Source: Planococcus sp. (in: firmicutes)
GTDB taxonomy: Bacteria; Bacillota; Bacilli; Bacillales_A; Planococcaceae
Assembly (NCBI GenBank): GCA_035461045.1
Contig: DATHVY010000177.1
Location: 1 to 41,235, forward strand
Length of the DNA stretch: 41,235 nucleotides
Direction of reading: 5' to 3'
The notes beneath the pieces were generated by a model. That model did not search any database and was not told the origin of the DNA. It was given only the letters and a program-made list of their open reading frames with translations. Positions 38,050-41,235 of this stretch are shown here, piece after piece. Each line of letters opens with the position of its first letter. Within the stretch, counting starts at the first letter, position 1. A program made the position numbers and the translations under genes.

Positions 38050-38949
38050 ATGAAGCTGTTAACTTTTCGATATGAAGGAAAAGAAGGATTCGGACCTAAA
38101 GTGAAAAAGGAAGAAGCTGTCTGGGACGTAGTGGCAATCCAGCAGAAGTTAGAAGTTCTGCCAAGCTTTCCAACCAAGCTGATTGATGGAATCTCCGATG
38201 GAATGGAATTTGTGGAACAAGTCCGTAAGTTGACGGAAGCGGCGTTAAGTTCCAAAAATCCCCAGGATTTCAAACGCTCTTTTTCTGAAATCGAATGGTT
38301 AGCACCGATATCGAGAACACCCAAAAATATCATCTGCGTAGGTAAAAATTATGCGGATCACGCAAAGGAAATGGGTTCAGATGTACCGGAGGAATTGGTG
38401 GTATTCACAAAATCGCCAACATCCATCGCTGGTGATGAACAGACTGTTTCAGTCCATAGCAAACTGACGGACGCCTATGATTATGAAGGTGAACTGGCTG
38501 TTGTCATCGGTAAAAAAGGTCGTTCCATTCCGAAGCAAATGGCGTATGATTATGTATTCGGCTATACAATCGCAAACGATTTGACGGCCAGGGACCTGCA
38601 AACGAAGCATCAGCAATATTTCTTAGGGAAAAGCTTGGACGGTTCATGCCCAATGGGACCTTATTTAGTGACAAAAGATGAGATTCCGCAATCGGATAAT
38701 CTATCAATTGTAACTAAGGTAAATGACGAAGTCCGTCAAAACGGCAATACGTTAGATATGATTCGCCGGGTCGATGACATCATCCACGAAGTATCCAAAT
38801 ACGTTACGCTCGAACCGGGTGATGTGATTTTGACCGGAACGCCAGCAGGTGTCGGCAAAGGGTTTAACCCGCCAAAATATTTGAAGTCGGGAGACACGGT
38901 GAAAGTGTCGATCCAGTCCATCGGTACACTCGTCACACATTTGTCATGA
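38050..38949 (+). CDS. yisK: fumarylacetoacetate hydrolase family protein (YisK-like)
   Basis: ICVGKNYADH, DYEGELAVVIG, NDLTARDLQ, GDVILTGTPAGVG. Confidence 0.88.
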   Translation: MKLLTFRYEGKEGFGPKVKKEEAVWDVVAIQQKLEVLPSFPTKLIDGISDGMEFVEQVRKLTEAALSSKNPQDFKRSFSEIEWLAPISRTPKNIICVGKNYADHAKEMGSDVPEELVVFTKSPTSIAGDEQTVSVHSKLTDAYDYEGELAVVIGKKGRSIPKQMAYDYVFGYTIANDLTARDLQTKHQQYFLGKSLDGSCPMGPYLVTKDEIPQSDNLSIVTKVNDEVRQNGNTLDMIRRVDDIIHEVSKYVTLEPGDVILTGTPAGVGKGFNPPKYLKSGDTVKVSIQSIGTLVTHLS

Positions 38950-39019
38950 CCTGAGGGATGTTTATCCGGCATGAAACTGTGATAAACTGGTTGAGACAAT
39001 CTATTAAAGAGGTGACGAC

Positions 39020-39394
39020 TTGGGTTTTTTAACTGATACAACACATCTTCACATCACGACATGGGTCATCGCACTTGTGGTATTTTTAGTGGCAGCGCTG
39101 ATGCACCGTGAAAGCAAGGGCCGTAAGATTCTTCATATGGTTCTTCGCCTTTTCTACATCCTGATCATTATTACAGGATTGACTTTGTTCATTGAGTTTT
39201 CATCTGTTGACCCGATGGAATACGGCTTGAAATTCCTCTTTGGAATCTTGACGATCGGCATGATGGAAATGGTGCTGGTCCGTTCAAAGAAACAGAAACC
39301 GGTAACGATGTTCTGGATTCTGTTCGCAGTATTTTTGTTCGCGACAATGTTCTATGGTTTCCGACTGCCAATCGGTTTTGATTTTCTGGCGTAA
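39020..39394 (+). CDS. yisL: YisL/DUF1516 family membrane protein
   Basis: THLHITTWVIAL, HMVLRLFYILII.TG, GMMEMVL. Confidence 0.85.
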   Translation: MGFLTDTTHLHITTWVIALVVFLVAALMHRESKGRKILHMVLRLFYILIIITGLTLFIEFSSVDPMEYGLKFLFGILTIGMMEMVLVRSKKQKPVTMFWILFAVFLFATMFYGFRLPIGFDFLA

Positions 39395-39403
39395 TTGAAT
39401 CGA

Positions 39404-39432
39404 GCGGGCGCGAAATTTCGCGCCCGTTTTTT
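39404..39432 (+). terminator. intrinsic terminator
   Basis: GCGGGCGCGAA / TTCGCGCCCGT + T run. Confidence 0.85.
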
Positions 39433-39586
39433 CTTGTGCTTTTTTCATCAGACTTCACAGATTAGACGAAACTTGGGTTCATCAACAGCTGTTTTATTTC
39501 ACAGCCATAGCGGAGGGGTTCGCAGTTTGATAAAATAGACCGAGTGACGAAAAAATGGCCTCAAGGAACAAAAGGAGGATTTTGCA

Positions 39587-41065
39587 TTGAAAGCAAAATG
39601 GATAGCAATTGTAACCAGCATCGTTTTGATAACCAGCCTGGTGCAACCGGCAACAGCCGAAGAAACAGGGGATTTCTCTAAAGAAAGCATATATGATTTA
39701 TTGGTGGATCGGTATTTTAACCAAGATATTCTAAATGATTATGAAGCGGATGCCCGGGACATCAATTCGTTTTCAGGCGGGGATTTCAGTGGAGTGATCC
39801 AGGAAATGAACCGGATACAAGACATGGGCTTTACGATCTTATCCATCGGCCCAGTTTTTGCTTCTTCAACTTATGACGGCAAAGCGGTTTTGGATTATCG
39901 ACAGTTTGAAAGGCATTTCGGGACGGAAGAAGAATTTATTCAGTTGATCGAGGCTACCCACGATCGTGATATGAAACTGATGATCGACCTGCCGACACAA
40001 AGCCTGGATGAAAATCACGTTTGGTTCAGTGAAAATCCGGAATGGTTCGTAGAAAACGAAGATGGTACGGTTGCATTGGATACATCGATTCCGGAAGTTC
40101 GGGATGCGTTGATTCAGGAATTCACCGCTTTTGTCGGAAACTTTGATATCGATGCGCTACGTTTGCAGGATTCAGCTTCATTGGATGCCGACTTTATCCG
40201 TGAATTCTCACAGGAAATCAAAACAGTGAGAGATATTTACATCATCGGTGATGAGGAAATGGAGCCGACTGAAGGTTTTGACTCTGTGGTTATGCCGGGA
40301 GCGGAAGAAATATTAAGAAGCAGTTATCGAAACTTCGATCAAGAATCGGCGCGACTGCCGGCCTTGCTTGAGGGGAGCGATGGACAAATCATCCAAGTGG
40401 ATTCGCTTAAAGGTCCGAGATTCACTTCCGATGTAGTGGAGGAAAGAGGATTTCCGCCCACGCGCTGGAGTTTATTATTGACTCAAATGTTCACGATGCC
40501 TGGCGTTCCGAATGTGCAATACGGTTCAGAAATTGCGATGAGCGGGGATACGCTTCCGGAAGCACATCAAATTCTGGATATCGGAGTTGAAGCAGAGCTG
40601 AATGATCACATCGAGTCGTTGAACACGCTTCGCAACTCGTCTTCGGCATTGAGAAGCGGGAAAGTTGAAATTTTGCTCGAAGAAGACGGCTGGCTCGTTT
40701 ATGAACGATCTGATGAGGAAGAGACATGGATTATCGCCATCAATAATTCTTCTTCTACCCAGAACTTCATCGTGCCTGAAGAACGAATTGGCAGCGATAT
40801 GCAAATGCGTGGTTTGTTCGAAAACGACATGGTCAGGCAGGCTGATAACGGTACTTACCGGATTACCATGAACCGTGAAACATCAGAAACTTTCCATGTA
40901 ACTGAAGAACGGGGATTCAACATGGCGTATATTGCAGCTTTGGCAGTCATGTACTTGATTTTCCTAGCCTTTGTCTGGATGGTCTGGCGCAAAGGAAAAC
41001 AACGCAAAGCGGACGCAGCTTCAAAAGCGAAAATGAAATTAAAAAATGGAAATGAAACCGTCTAA
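39587..41065 (+). CDS. secreted, C-terminally membrane-anchored GH13 alpha-amylase-like protein with aberrant catalytic residues
   Basis: Signal peptide; ESIYDLLVDRYFN, GGDFSGV, DMGFT.L, HFGTEEEF..LIE..H.RDMKLMID, MPGVP...YGSEI; C-terminal TM + KGKQRK. Confidence 0.82.
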   Translation: MKAKWIAIVTSIVLITSLVQPATAEETGDFSKESIYDLLVDRYFNQDILNDYEADARDINSFSGGDFSGVIQEMNRIQDMGFTILSIGPVFASSTYDGKAVLDYRQFERHFGTEEEFIQLIEATHDRDMKLMIDLPTQSLDENHVWFSENPEWFVENEDGTVALDTSIPEVRDALIQEFTAFVGNFDIDALRLQDSASLDADFIREFSQEIKTVRDIYIIGDEEMEPTEGFDSVVMPGAEEILRSSYRNFDQESARLPALLEGSDGQIIQVDSLKGPRFTSDVVEERGFPPTRWSLLLTQMFTMPGVPNVQYGSEIAMSGDTLPEAHQILDIGVEAELNDHIESLNTLRNSSSALRSGKVEILLEEDGWLVYERSDEEETWIIAINNSSSTQNFIVPEERIGSDMQMRGLFENDMVRQADNGTYRITMNRETSETFHVTEERGFNMAYIAALAVMYLIFLAFVWMVWRKGKQRKADAASKAKMKLKNGNETV

Positions 41066-41087
41066 CGGGTTTCATTTCCATTTTTTT
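41041..41087 (+). terminator. intrinsic terminator overlapping the GH13 stop
   Basis: AAAAAATGGAAATGAAACC / GGTTTCATTTCCATTTTTT stem. Confidence 0.85.
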
Positions 41088-41235
41088 ATTGTTTAAGAAA
41101 GGATGATTTTTTCAAAATAAAGGCTTCGAAAGAAGTATTTCCCTGTCTAGACTCCAGCACCTAGCCCCTCGAGTCGCTTCGGTCTTATTTTATTGCCCGG
41201 TAGCCAATCATGTTCACGGGATCTTTGGGTGAAGA

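Overview
Chromosomal segment of a Bacillales bacterium. Gene content and order suggest Planococcaceae (inference). Most of it is conserved housekeeping synteny: end of pgi; tagO, LCP, yigZ, degS-degU, degV, comFA-comFC; hpf, secA, prfB (programmed +1 frameshift), yitT-family, cccB, ftsEX, M23 hydrolase, minJ, csbA; azlCD, addBA, yisK, yisL and a GH13 protein. The first ~4.4 kb is accessory. The standout is a two-gene cassette at 185-1821 (minus strand). An NprR-like HTH-XRE + TPR (RRNPP-family) receptor is translationally coupled (ATGA overlap) to a secreted 110-aa pro-peptide carrying five tandem copies of an invariant core, AVGYRVTEPW, encoded by a 48-bp repeat whose core varies only at synonymous sites. 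This looks like a peptide quorum-sensing system with a polyprotein-type, multi-copy signal precursor. Beside it are a possible relic HTH, a foldable ~100-nt intergenic element and a SigB-type stress gene cluster. Also notable are a LexA box at addB and a membrane-anchored GH13 lacking the canonical catalytic residues. All calls come from reading the sequence; no searches were run.
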